A stretch of 64,000 nt of DNA from a virus, in IMG/VR virus record IMGVR_UViG_3300045988_068671, positions 20,518 to 84,517 of that record; one strand, given 5' to 3'. A model generated the notes under the pieces. The model searched no databases and had not been told where the DNA came from. It worked only from the letters and a program-made list of their open reading frames with translations. A program made the position numbers and the translations under genes. Of the stretch, positions 33,612 to 43,400 are shown piece after piece. Numbering within the stretch: position 1 is the stretch's first letter; every line of letters starts with the position of its first letter.

Positions 33612-34477
33612 CTAAATACAGCTTCGCTAGGGAGACCTAGCCTTGCATACCAAGAGGCGGTAAAGTCAGCTGAATAAATCCGTTGCGGTATTACCTAGTA
33701 ATAATCTAAAGCTAGCTAAAGAATAACTAGGAACATAGGGGTAGTAAGGCTGTATTTCTAAATTATATAATTATGGATAAGGAGAATTACAGAAAAGTAG
33801 TTAAAATCTGTGAGAAAGGCAGATGTAAAGTGAGAGAAAATTCATTTGGAGTTTGTTGGTGTGTAAGATGTGGTAAATTACACTCTGATGCTCCAGCTAA
33901 GTTAAAACCTGAAGAGCAAATCATAGTAAAATGAAAGTGATAATTAATAGCTGTTTACTTACAGAACTACTAAAGAATTTCCAAACTTCTCTAGATAATA
34001 TGAGAGTTATTGGAGAAACGTATTCTGTAGAAGATATGAATGAGCTGGTTGAGGAGTTTGCTAAGTTTAACATAAAGCCTGATGATATTATCGGTAAAAC
34101 TATAATATTTAAATGTCAATCAATAAGTGCTTATGCTTAACGTAACTTCTTTCAATATTGGGGAGATAACTAGTAAAGTATCTCTAAATACTCCCAGTAG
34201 CGGAATAATCCAGAGGTCTCATCCTAGAAGTAAATTCGTAAGGTTTCATTCTAGGTCTTCTATGTCAGAATACGCATTCTCTAGTAGACCAAGACTAAGT
34301 AAGGATGGGCCAGAAATTGTAGTATTGCAGATTATGGTATTCGGTAATGATGAATTGCTGGTTGAATATGTCTGCGAACAGGAACTAACAGTAGAATAGG
34401 TTATTAGACCGGTAAATAACCTTCCGTAGCCAGTCGGACGTTGGGAGCTTATAGTCCTACGATAGTGAGACTAAATC

Positions 34478-34552
34478 GGACCTATAGCTCAGCCAGGTCA
34501 GAGCAACTGACTCATAATCAGGAGGTCGGGGGTTCAAAGCCCTCTAGGTCCA
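34478..34552 (+). tRNA. tRNA-Met(CAT), elongator or Ile2-type
   Basis: loop CTCATAA; G1-C72. Confidence 0.8.
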
Positions 34553-34567
34553 CTAGAGAATTAAAAA

Positions 34568-34984
34568 TTGGAATTTATGAATTATCAGTATTTCGGATTG
34601 TTTTTAAATGAACATAATAGGAATGAGCTTATGAAAATCATTTTTGCTAATCCTATTATAGCTAATCTGGTCCTTCAAAGAGGAAGTACTTTATATCTAG
34701 ACCATTGTACTCTGCTCCACAGAAATCAAAACGACAAAGAGATATATGACTCTCTTGTAAAGAAGATTGATGAATCATGGATGGTAGAAGTAAATGGGAT
34801 AGGTTTCTCTAACAAAGCAATAGCTTTTAGAGTTACTATACCAGACTTGCCTTGTGCAAATGCTAAGCCACATATTACTATTTGCACAATCAATGGAGGA
34901 AAACCAGTTGATAGCAATGGAATATGCGAGTGGATTTCTATTCCCAAACTCAATATTTGTTGTGAAATAAAATTAGTGAAATAA
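34568..34984 (+). CDS. hypothetical protein (138 aa)
   Basis: ORF track. Confidence 0.45.
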   Translation: MEFMNYQYFGLFLNEHNRNELMKIIFANPIIANLVLQRGSTLYLDHCTLLHRNQNDKEIYDSLVKKIDESWMVEVNGIGFSNKAIAFRVTIPDLPCANAKPHITICTINGGKPVDSNGICEWISIPKLNICCEIKLVK

Positions 34985-35433
34985 TGTGGTCAAGAGAAAG
35001 TCCAATGAAAGAATATGCCAGGAAACATCCTGGCTGTTCTCTTCAAGAGTATTGTGAATACTTAGATAATATTGCTAGAGAGGAAGCAGAAAGAAGGAGA
35101 CTAAAAGAAGAAGAAAATAATCAACTTCTAAAAAGTTTTGAGGGAAAATGCTTTCAAATAAACTTCAATAGACAATCATTTGGTTATTTCAAGATAACTA
35201 AAGATATTACTGCCTTTAGAGAAGATGTTAAAGAAGATTTCTATGAAGTTTTCATAGATAGCAATACAACTAGAATAAGTCTTGAAAAGAAGAGAATGAT
35301 AAATCGTTATTGGCTTCCTGGGCAGGGAAGTGAAAAGTGTACAATAGTTCCTGAAGAATTGTTCAATAAGGTAGTCGAGTATTATCAAGAGATGTGTACT
35401 ATGGCTGAGAAAATAAGAGACAGGGAATTGTAA
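34984..35433 (+). CDS. hypothetical protein (149 aa)
   Basis: ORF track. Confidence 0.45.
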   Translation: MWSRESPMKEYARKHPGCSLQEYCEYLDNIAREEAERRRLKEEENNQLLKSFEGKCFQINFNRQSFGYFKITKDITAFREDVKEDFYEVFIDSNTTRISLEKKRMINRYWLPGQGSEKCTIVPEELFNKVVEYYQEMCTMAEKIRDREL

Positions 35434-35437
35434 CCTT

Positions 35438-35519
35438 GGGGTAGTGGCGGAATTGGTAGACGCGCTAGACTTAGGATCTAGTACAGAAATGTGTGAGGGT
35501 TCGAGTCCCTCCTACCCTA
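35438..35519 (+). tRNA. tRNA-Leu(TAG)
   Basis: class II; loop CTTAGGA. Confidence 0.8.
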
Positions 35520-35750
35520 CAACTTTTATTCGATTATAGATTATGAAAGAGTTAAGTGAAATTATTCAAGAATTGGTAGAAAATAGCAACTCCATGAATC
35601 AGATTGATTCAAAAACTGCTATACAGTACGTTGTGGAGGCTTACGAAGCTGGAATGGATAAGGCTAAAGAACTTATCAAAGACAGTGGAGAACTTTAATT
35701 AACTGAATGTTCTGAAACATTCATATTAAATAATAATTAAAAATAAAGAA

Positions 35751-36935
35751 ATGAACAAAGTTTGGATGTGTTCCGGGTCTACATACACCCAAGTAGGCTC
35801 AGGTTACAAGGTTTCGGAATCTCTTCCGGTTGGTATTTACAGTATTAGTCTGACAATGACAGGTTATCACCTGGATAAGTATGCAGACAAGTTCGTATTT
35901 CCGTACAAGATGTATGGACTGCAGGAAGATTTCATAGACCATGTAATCAAAACTTATAATAACACAGAAGGAAACTTGGGAATCATGTTTACTGGTACAA
36001 AAGGTACTGGAAAGACTGTCACAGCTAAAGAATTAGCTAATAAGTTGAACCTTCCTGTTATTATCGTAAAGGATATGGGAGACCATAATCAATCTATGAT
36101 TGAGTTTCTCTCTGGTATTGAGGGAGACTGTGTTCTCTTCCTAGATGAGTTTGAAAAGAACTTCAGCGAGTCGGATTCTACAATCCTCCAAATTATGGAT
36201 GGAGTTTATAACTCTAAGTATCGTAAGGTATTCTTGTTGACTACTAATGCAATGTCTATCAACGAGAATATGGTAGGACGTCCGTCTAGAATCCGCTACG
36301 TCAAGAAGTTTGAAAATCTTGATTTGAAGGTTGTAAACGAATATCTAGACGATGCCCTGGAGGTTCCAGAAGCACGTCAAGATTTACTTGACTTCATTGA
36401 TTCTTTGACTATATCAACTATTGATATTCTCAAAACTATAGTTAATGAAGTTAACATTCATGGAATTGAAGGTTTGAAAAAGGCTAAGAGTTTCTTCAAC
36501 GTAGTAACTAATGAGTATGAGTATTCTTGTATCAGAGGTTACGCTTACACTGGAGAAATTGAACAAGACAAGAATAAGTTCTCTATTGAAAACTTCTCCA
36601 AGGCTGTTGAGAGATTTAATAATCCTATACCTAAGCCTATTGTTGATGACGAGGATAACTGTACTATAGAGGAAAGAAAAGCCCTCAACGAATACTATGA
36701 GTATCGTCGTCATAACTTCCACAGCCTGTCGTATAACTTTATCTATTCTTCTACCAAGTTCAGCAATCTTAAGGTAGGAGACGACTTCTACAATGACGAG
36801 ATTATCGCTATTGACAAGAAGTTGAATGTTATTGTTACTAAGGACGGTGGCGAAATTAACTACTGGTGGATTAAAGATCCTAACAGTAAACCATCTCTGT
36901 ATCGTACAGGAAGATACGATTCTTTGGTACTTTAA
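35751..36935 (+). CDS. AAA+ ATPase
   Basis: Walker A GTKGTGKT, Walker B VLFLDEFE. Confidence 0.7.
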   Translation: MNKVWMCSGSTYTQVGSGYKVSESLPVGIYSISLTMTGYHLDKYADKFVFPYKMYGLQEDFIDHVIKTYNNTEGNLGIMFTGTKGTGKTVTAKELANKLNLPVIIVKDMGDHNQSMIEFLSGIEGDCVLFLDEFEKNFSESDSTILQIMDGVYNSKYRKVFLLTTNAMSINENMVGRPSRIRYVKKFENLDLKVVNEYLDDALEVPEARQDLLDFIDSLTISTIDILKTIVNEVNIHGIEGLKKAKSFFNVVTNEYEYSCIRGYAYTGEIEQDKNKFSIENFSKAVERFNNPIPKPIVDDEDNCTIEERKALNEYYEYRRHNFHSLSYNFIYSSTKFSNLKVGDDFYNDEIIAIDKKLNVIVTKDGGEINYWWIKDPNSKPSLYRTGRYDSLVL

Positions 36936-36940
36936 AAACT

Positions 36941-36960
36941 GGGGAGCTAGTCTCCCCTTT
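36941..36960 (+). terminator. GGGGAG-ctagt-CTCCCC plus TTT
   Basis: seen in sequence. Confidence 0.5.
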
Positions 36961-36962
36961 AT

Positions 36963-37036
36963 GTCTGGATGCCTGAGTGGTCTAAGGGAACGGTCTGCAA
37001 AACCGTGTTTCGTGGGTTCGAATCCCACTCCAGATT
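36963..37036 (+). tRNA. tRNA-Cys(GCA)
   Basis: loop CTGCAAA. Confidence 0.8.
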
Positions 37037-37066
37037 CTACACTAATTTATTTGCCTATGGACAGAA

Positions 37067-37485
37067 AATTAAGAAGAGAGCTTTCTAAAAGAAAGTGGAT
37101 TTCTAGAGCTAAAAAAGTTTATAACTCTTGCGGGAAGTTCTATATCCCGGTAAACGGAATTAAAGCCAGTGTTCAGTATAATGTTCCTATTTTCAGAAAT
37201 AGAGCACTGAGAATTTGTGAATCAATTACGGATTTTCTTAATGATTCCAAGTATGCCAAAATGCTTAAGAATTGCACTTCTCCCTACAGAAGTAAGATGA
37301 TGCAGTACGAATATAAGAAAGAGAATAGAAAAGATAGATATAAGGCTAAGAAAGATATCCAGGAAGGTATTCAGGAATATGAGTCCAGGGACAATCTTTC
37401 ATGCTCATCATGTATATTCTATGATGGAGGTCTATGCGAGAAAGGATTATTAACGACAGATGATTGTCCAGAATATTGGGATTAA
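37067..37485 (+). CDS. hypothetical Cys-rich protein (track ORF trimmed past the tRNA)
   Basis: ORF track plus tRNA overlap. Confidence 0.45.
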
Positions 37486-37847
37486 TTATGGATAAATATA
37501 TTAATGGAAATTTAATAAAGAGGATACTAGTTTTTAAAACTAGAAAACATCCAGAATGGAAGCATAGAATAGCGGATACCAAATTTTTATTCTGGAAAAG
37601 GCATATTGATTATTGGTATCTTCTAGACCCATGCTTTGGGACTTACTCTGAGAAAGGGATGCTCGAATCAATTAGTAAGAGAACGTCCTTCTACAAGGAT
37701 GGAATAGTATACCAGAAGCCGCATATTATTCTAGAGTTCTCTGAGAGACATGATGAGTCTATCTATTTTGATAGTGATGAGGAAATGGAAGGCTGGCTTG
37801 AGTCTTTCAGGCAAGAATTTGGAAAACCATTTATGTATATAGAATAA
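37464..37847 (+). CDS. hypothetical protein (127 aa)
   Basis: ORF track. Confidence 0.45.
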   Translation: MSRILGLIMDKYINGNLIKRILVFKTRKHPEWKHRIADTKFLFWKRHIDYWYLLDPCFGTYSEKGMLESISKRTSFYKDGIVYQKPHIILEFSERHDESIYFDSDEEMEGWLESFRQEFGKPFMYIE

Positions 37848-37968
37848 TACCTTTATCCCAGTTTAGAGCTTAGCTCAAGTAGTGAAGAACAGTAGCTATT
37901 GGTTAAAACGAGGTGGAGTGCCAGACGAAAGACTGGAATTAACATAGTTTAACTTTGAATCTCCGACT

Positions 37969-38310
37969 ATGCGGAGTATCATTATGGCAGAATTGATTTT
38001 CTTACCTAACGGAAAATGCGATTTGAAATTTCATGCTAACATCAAAAACTTTAAAAGAGTTGAGATTGTGAAGCATAAGAAGAACTTCTTCAGGGTCTAT
38101 GTAGACCGCAACGATAGCGTTTATGACGTGAAACGGTGCGAAGTCATCACTTGGAAGACCATAGAGAGAGGGAAAAGAAAGGTGAATGTTCCTGACAAGG
38201 TTGACGAGGTACGTGATGTACATCTGTTTGACAAGACTAAGGGAAATCCGTTCAAGATTGCGGTTACTAAAATAATCGGCGAGATTGAGGCACAGGAATT
38301 ACTATCTTAA
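37969..38310 (+). CDS. hypothetical protein (113 aa)
   Basis: ORF track. Confidence 0.45.
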   Translation: MRSIIMAELIFLPNGKCDLKFHANIKNFKRVEIVKHKKNFFRVYVDRNDSVYDVKRCEVITWKTIERGKRKVNVPDKVDEVRDVHLFDKTKGNPFKIAVTKIIGEIEAQELLS

Positions 38311-38347
38311 GATAGCGTTTAGGAGAGTATCGTATAACTCTCCTTAT

Positions 38348-38422
38348 GCAGATGTGGTGTTAATGGTTTGAGCACGTCAGACTTCCAATCTGAAGGGGAG
38401 AGTTCGAGTCTCTCTATCTGCA
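38348..38422 (+). tRNA. tRNA-Gly(TCC)
   Basis: loop CTTCCAA. Confidence 0.85.
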
Positions 38423-38427
38423 CATTT

Positions 38428-38499
38428 GTAGGTATAGCACAACGGTTAGTGCATCGGCTTGCCATGCCGAGGATGTGAGTTCGATTCTCATTACCTACT
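38428..38499 (+). tRNA. tRNA-Gly(GCC)
   Basis: loop TTGCCAT. Confidence 0.85.
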
Positions 38500-38514
38500 C
38501 AAAATTTAAGTTTT

Positions 38515-38817
38515 ATGAAAATAAAGTGTACAGTATGTAATAAAGAATTTTATTATGGAGACCATAACTCTCCAATGTTTATTGATGAGGTTTGGAACAA
38601 GATAATAAATTACTTTAAGCTAACCAATTTTGAAAAAGAAGCTGCAAAGAAATTCTCCTCTTATTACAAAGGGGGAGGTAAAGATTATTATCCAGACCAC
38701 CATGTGTTTATCTGTAGCGAATGTGCGGAGAAGGCTCTAGGTAGGGAAATAACTGATAAGGATATTAATGATTCATTATTTAATATCCCATTTAGAGAGA
38801 AGTACTTTAAATCTTAA
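38515..38817 (+). CDS. zinc-ribbon protein (CTVC...CSEC)
   Basis: ORF track. Confidence 0.45.
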   Translation: MKIKCTVCNKEFYYGDHNSPMFIDEVWNKIINYFKLTNFEKEAAKKFSSYYKGGGKDYYPDHHVFICSECAEKALGREITDKDINDSLFNIPFREKYFKS

Positions 38818-38818
38818 T

Positions 38819-38903
38819 ATCCGTGTGGGTGAATGGTTTAGCCATCAGTCTGCAAAACTGAAAAGAGAAATCTTTAATGAGGGTTCGAATCCCTCCACGG
38901 ATT
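38819..38903 (+). tRNA. unusual tRNA: GCA (Cys) anticodon with a 17-nt class II-type variable arm
   Basis: acceptor ATCCGTG/CACGGAT, TCAGT-CTGCAAA-ACTGA, variable stem AAAGA-GAAA-TCTTT. Confidence 0.6.
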
Positions 38904-38923
38904 CTAATTTTAAATTTAAAAAT

Positions 38924-39559
38924 ATGGCATATATTTATTGCATTACAAATTTAATTAATAGCAAGCGATACGTAGGAAAAACTACTACTTCTATAGAAGA
39001 GCGCTGGAAGGAACATTGTTATGACTTTTAGAAAGAAAGATGCAACAAAAGACCTTTATATGATGCCATGAATAAGTATGGTGTTGAGAACTTTATGATA
39101 GAGGAATTGGAATATGTAGATAGTAACTCTGAATTATCTGAAAGAGAAATCTATTGGATAAAAGAGCTAGGAACTTATGGTTCTAATGGGTACAATGCCT
39201 CTAAAGGAGGAGATGGCACTATTCTATACAATCATAGTGAAATTGTAGAATTAGCTAGATTGGGATATACTAGTTCTTAGATACAAGAAAAAATAGGGTG
39301 CTGTAAAGACACTATTTACAAAGTTTTGAAGGCAAATAATATAAAAATTAGAAAAAGTAACGCAAAGTTAATTGCTTAGTATGACTTAGCAGGTAATTTT
39401 ATACAGGTATTCTTTGGTTCCAGAGAAGCTTAGGAATGGTTAATTAATAACGGAATTACTGACAATAAATCTGCATAGAGTCATATTATAGGATGCTGTA
39501 AGAATAAAACCAAATCATAGTATGGCTACATTTGGAAATATCTTCCAGAGCCTATTTAA
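38924..39559 (+). CDS. GIY-YIG homing endonuclease with about 6 in-frame TAG
   Basis: YIYCITNLINSKRYVGKT ... YNASKGG; ORF pieces 38768-39031 and 39068-39280 are co-frame across TAG. Confidence 0.6.
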
Positions 39560-39705
39560 TCTTTAAATCACTGTTTCGACATTTTCAGTCTAAATGCCGT
39601 GTCTGGAGACGTTACCAACCAGTCGTGCTATACGGTTAGAATAGTCCGTGCCTCACTGGTGATAGAGGCATCCCTGGGTAGCGGATGTAAAGTGGCTACC
39701 AATAT

Positions 39706-39784
39706 CGTGGAGTAGAGAAGTGGTCATCTCGCTAGGCTCATAACCTAGAAATCGTCATAAACGGTTCGAATCCTACCTCCGCAA
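39706..39784 (+). tRNA. tRNA-like element: CAT anticodon, C1xA72, aberrant T-stem (possible degenerate or initiator-like)
   Basis: D-arm GAGA/TCTC, CTAGG-CTCATAA-CCTAG, TTCGAAT. Confidence 0.3.
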
Positions 39785-40028
39785 CGAAACTCCTTTTGTG
39801 GCTCTGAATTAGATTAATTATTAACAATTTTAAACTTTGATGTTATGAAGAAAGTAATTAATGTTGTGAAGAAAGCTGCTAAGTGGTATTTTGAACAGAG
39901 TTCTAAGAGCTATACATGGTTAGTTTCTGGAACTATTCCGCCTCCTTATAGAGGTCTAGAGTAAAGATACTACTAAAAGGTAAGTACCAAAGGGGTACTT
40001 ATCTACACCCGTGGAGAAAATTAACTAT

Positions 40029-40100
40029 TGGGGTATAGTTCAAAGGTCAGAACTTTTGACTGTTAATCAAAGAATCATGGTTCGAGTCCATGTGCCCCAG
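40029..40100 (+). tRNA. tRNA-Asn(GTT)
   Basis: loop CTGTTAA. Confidence 0.85.
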
Positions 40101-40629
40101 CTATTGACCTTATATTAGATTATGCATCAGTGTGATTATTGTTGTTGGTACTACAGTGGAAATTGTGATTGTCCATATGTAATGAAGAAACAAGCGTGTG
40201 AAAATGCTTTGAAAACTAAAGAGAGAAATGAAAGACCTATTAGAAAAGTACAAAATGTTTCAAACTCCAAAACTAGCTAATGAGATTTCATGGAAAGACA
40301 TGAAGGAATTTAACTCTTATATGAAAGAAGTAGTTCGTGATTATAAGATTAAACAGGCTAAATCAATTTAGAGTGCTAGAAACGTAATAATATCCTGACC
40401 TGGCAAGGTAAAAATCCATTCGGGGTTTAAGTTGAAGCCAGTCCCTGCGGAATCATAAAGACCTTTTCTGATACGATAGTCGATGAACTGAGAGAGTAGT
40501 ATGGTTGCGGACTTATGCTACTAGAACATGATTCAAACAAAAAAAACTTATCTGGTGTTGTTAAGTTGTGGAATCTTAACAGTGGAAATTTATGGGTATG
40601 TCACCAATTAAAAAGAAAATCCCAAAAAT

Positions 40630-40702
40630 GGGCCGTTAGCTCAAATGGCTAGAGCGCTGGTTTTGCACACCGGAAGATAGGGTTCGAGTCCCTGCGTGTC
40701 CA
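40630..40702 (+). tRNA. tRNA-Ala(TGC)-like with G3:U70 but a partly mismatched acceptor
   Basis: loop TTTGCAC. Confidence 0.45.
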
Positions 40703-40910
40703 CAAACTTTATTTAAAAAATTATGAAAGTATATGTAGTTGTAGTAAATTATCACCAGCTAATGCTCCTCAAAATTATGAAACTGATTGCCAAATCTTCT
40801 TAGACAAGAAACAGGCAGAGAAGTATAAAGAGGCTAAGGAAAAAGAGTTTCCTATTAGATGGGGAGGAGAGTATAATCATTGTAAACTAATTAAAAAGCA
40901 TTTGTAATAT

Positions 40911-40983
40911 CGCGGGATGATAGCAGAGGTAGCTAGTCAGGCTCATAACCTGAAGGTCGTCGGTTCGAATCCGACTCCCGCTA
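40911..40983 (+). tRNA. initiator-type tRNA-fMet(CAT)
   Basis: near-identical to E. coli tRNA-fMet (CGCGGG...AGGTCGTCGGTTCGAATCCGAC), C1 unpaired. Confidence 0.75.
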
Positions 40984-41014
40984 CTAAGTTATTTTTAACA
41001 ATTAAAATTAGATT

Positions 41015-41440
41015 ATGGATTTCAAGAATCTTACAAAGGAATCTCTTCCGAAAGAATTTCAGGAGAGAATCGAACGTTTCAATCGTTTATTCATTGAAGC
41101 TGGTGATGGTACATTTGAAGAAAATGACCTATTTGGTTATGAAATGGGTTGTATAAAGCAAGCCTTATCGTTTACCGAGTTTTTCAAAGAAATGAGTCTA
41201 GAGGAATGTAAAGCCTTCTATGAGAAATATCCTAGCTTATTTGAGCTGATTGAGGCTATCAAAGACAAACTTCCGTACTTTGATAATGGTCATAGTGGAA
41301 ACTCTATGAGCATGAGTTGGATGCTATACAGGTGTTATAAGGAGAAACCCGAACTTGTTCCTTATATGCACGGTTGTTTAGCCCAACTTGTTGGGGACGA
41401 GGGCTATCATGATAACCGTTCTGATGTTCCAAAACTATGA
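41015..41440 (+). CDS. hypothetical protein (141 aa)
   Basis: ORF track. Confidence 0.45.
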   Translation: MDFKNLTKESLPKEFQERIERFNRLFIEAGDGTFEENDLFGYEMGCIKQALSFTEFFKEMSLEECKAFYEKYPSLFELIEAIKDKLPYFDNGHSGNSMSMSWMLYRCYKEKPELVPYMHGCLAQLVGDEGYHDNRSDVPKL

Positions 41441-41730
41441 GTGTAATACAACAAGTTTATTTAGCTGAAGCTGGTTATTCTATTTACATAAAGGGAATTA
41501 AACCAGATAAGGATAATGAATGTTCTGGTGAGATTACTATAAATGGTAATCCCACTAGATTAGAGAGAAAAGAACGCTATCATATTGATGGCAGTATGCT
41601 TGTAACTGACAATTACCACATTCCTATGGACTTTATAATTAATTTTCTACAGGCCAATGGTTGTATAGAACAGAAGGATGGTAAGATGTATGTTGTATTA
41701 AAGGAAGTAGAATTTAAACCTAATTACTAA
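41437..41730 (+). CDS. hypothetical protein (97 aa)
   Basis: ORF track. Confidence 0.45.
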   Translation: MSVIQQVYLAEAGYSIYIKGIKPDKDNECSGEITINGNPTRLERKERYHIDGSMLVTDNYHIPMDFIINFLQANGCIEQKDGKMYVVLKEVEFKPNY

Positions 41731-42308
41731 TGTTATCTATATTATTCTCAGAATTTAAGGAATGGGGTTGTCCTAATTGTGGATGTGATTCTGTGACCAG
41801 TGGTTGTTTCTCTTGCGGAGGAGTTACCTCTGGAACTTGCAGACATTGTAAACTAACATTCGAAATAAGAAGTGATAACGGAAAAGGCATAGTGCAATAT
41901 GGCTCTCATCCAGAGAATCCTTCTGATCCAAATTCGGAATCCGTAATGGAGTATGCTCATCGTATTGCTCATCCTAGGTCCGGTGTTTCTGCCTGGCATT
42001 GGGAACCAAAAGACATTCGTCCAGAGGAAGGAGAATACTGGAGTTCTAGAGGTGTTGGATATGATTTATCTGGATTCGTAAAAACTAAAGCTGCTGGTGA
42101 ACGTATATTAGCTATGGTGCATGAGGTTTTGGGAACTGATAAGTGTGAGACTTATTTAGACTATAGACCTAGTGAACCAACTTGGATTCAATTTAAGTTC
42201 CAGTCTAGCGAGTTTGACTTAGAAAAGTTGGATAAGCTATCTAGAGAAGCTGATAGAGTAGTTACTAAGGAAATATTAAAACAGTGTTTACATGGCAAAA
42301 GTAATTAA
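41730..42308 (+). CDS. Cys-rich hypothetical protein (192 aa)
   Basis: CPNCGCDSVTSGCFSCGG. Confidence 0.45.
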   Translation: MLSILFSEFKEWGCPNCGCDSVTSGCFSCGGVTSGTCRHCKLTFEIRSDNGKGIVQYGSHPENPSDPNSESVMEYAHRIAHPRSGVSAWHWEPKDIRPEEGEYWSSRGVGYDLSGFVKTKAAGERILAMVHEVLGTDKCETYLDYRPSEPTWIQFKFQSSEFDLEKLDKLSREADRVVTKEILKQCLHGKSN

Positions 42309-42591
42309 TAAGACAATCACAACACATCTTACAAATATGAAAGATGGAGATGTAGCTGAGATTGTAAATTGGTTCTGTGACGAGGAAATGGAGCCTGGAA
42401 CTATAGTTCAGAGGTACGGAGATGCTTTAATTATCATTGGTGGGCGTAGCGGTCTATGCTATCCTAAGCTGTTTACTGTTGAGGATACGCGTCGTTTGCT
42501 TACTTGTAAGGTCACAATTTTGCCTCCTGGCTCAACTATAATGCTATAATTTCTTTTCTCCAGTTTTCTAATCAGAGATAAACTGGAACAT

Positions 42592-43154
42592 GGGCCTACT
42601 TGGATTTGACAGGCGATTACGAATTATAAGGACGTGTAGAGCGCAATCTCTTTAAACGAAGAAAACAAATAACTGCAGAAATTGCACCTGTAAGAATGGC
42701 AGCCTAAGCTGCTGACTTATTAATAGACAATATTAATCAAGTCGGGTTAATGGGGAGACCTAGAAACAGAAGAGGTTTGTATCTAAGTGTTATAACGAGA
42801 CCTTCAGGGAAGAATCATAGTACCTACAGGTTACAGTGAAGCTTAGATGCATTAACTTGAAAGCCAAAGGTTAGTAGAGCTGAAATCTCCACTGCCTATC
42901 TATGGGCTACAAATAGACGTTCTCCAACGTAAATGGAGTGGTGGAAGAATGACTTCTAGTCAGCCCCCAGTTTGGTAGTTTGTAAATTAGTTAGTAGGAG
43001 GACTGCTGGTTCACCTCTACTGTAAAGAATCCAGCTCTTCTAATAAAACTATCTAAATGCTAGAACTCACTAGCTGATGTAATAAAAATGAGACGCACGT
43101 TATCCTTGTAATAAGGGTTGTTTGGACACGGGTTCGACTCCCGTTAGGTCCACA
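42592..43154 (+). ncRNA. ssrA: tmRNA (ssrA-like); tag reading frame 42675-42707 (AEIAPVRMAA-stop)
   Basis: 5' GGGCCUACUUGGAUUUGACAGGCG and 3' GGACACGGGUUCGACUCCCGUUAGGUCCA closely match E. coli tmRNA termini; G3:U70. Confidence 0.7.
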
Positions 43155-43178
43155 TGACAGGGCTATAGTTCAACCGAT

Positions 43179-43250
43179 TGGGATGTAGTTTAACGGTTAG
43201 AACAAGAAACTGATAATTTCTAGACGGCAGTTCAACTCTGCCCTTCCCAA
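43179..43250 (+). tRNA. tRNA-Ile(GAT)
   Basis: loop CTGATAA. Confidence 0.8.
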
Positions 43251-43340
43251 CTAACACTGTAAATAATATGTAGAAAATTTCTGAACAAATCAAACAACAA
43301 GTAAAAATCCTCAGAGAAATATGGTACTGGGATTAAATAT

Positions 43341-43380
43341 CGAGGCTGTGGTGTAATGGCTTGCATATCACACTGTCATT
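43341..43380 (+). other. 5' half of an interrupted tRNA-Asp (acceptor, D-arm, anticodon stem and loop CTGTCA)
   Basis: pairs with the 3' half at 44036-44074. Confidence 0.5.
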
Positions 43381-43400
43381 AAAATTAATTAAACTTATCT

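Noticed and set aside
39600-39700. A second complete tRNA upstream of the CAT tRNA-like element
   Set aside because: D-loop-like sequence present but no consistent acceptor or T-arm could be folded
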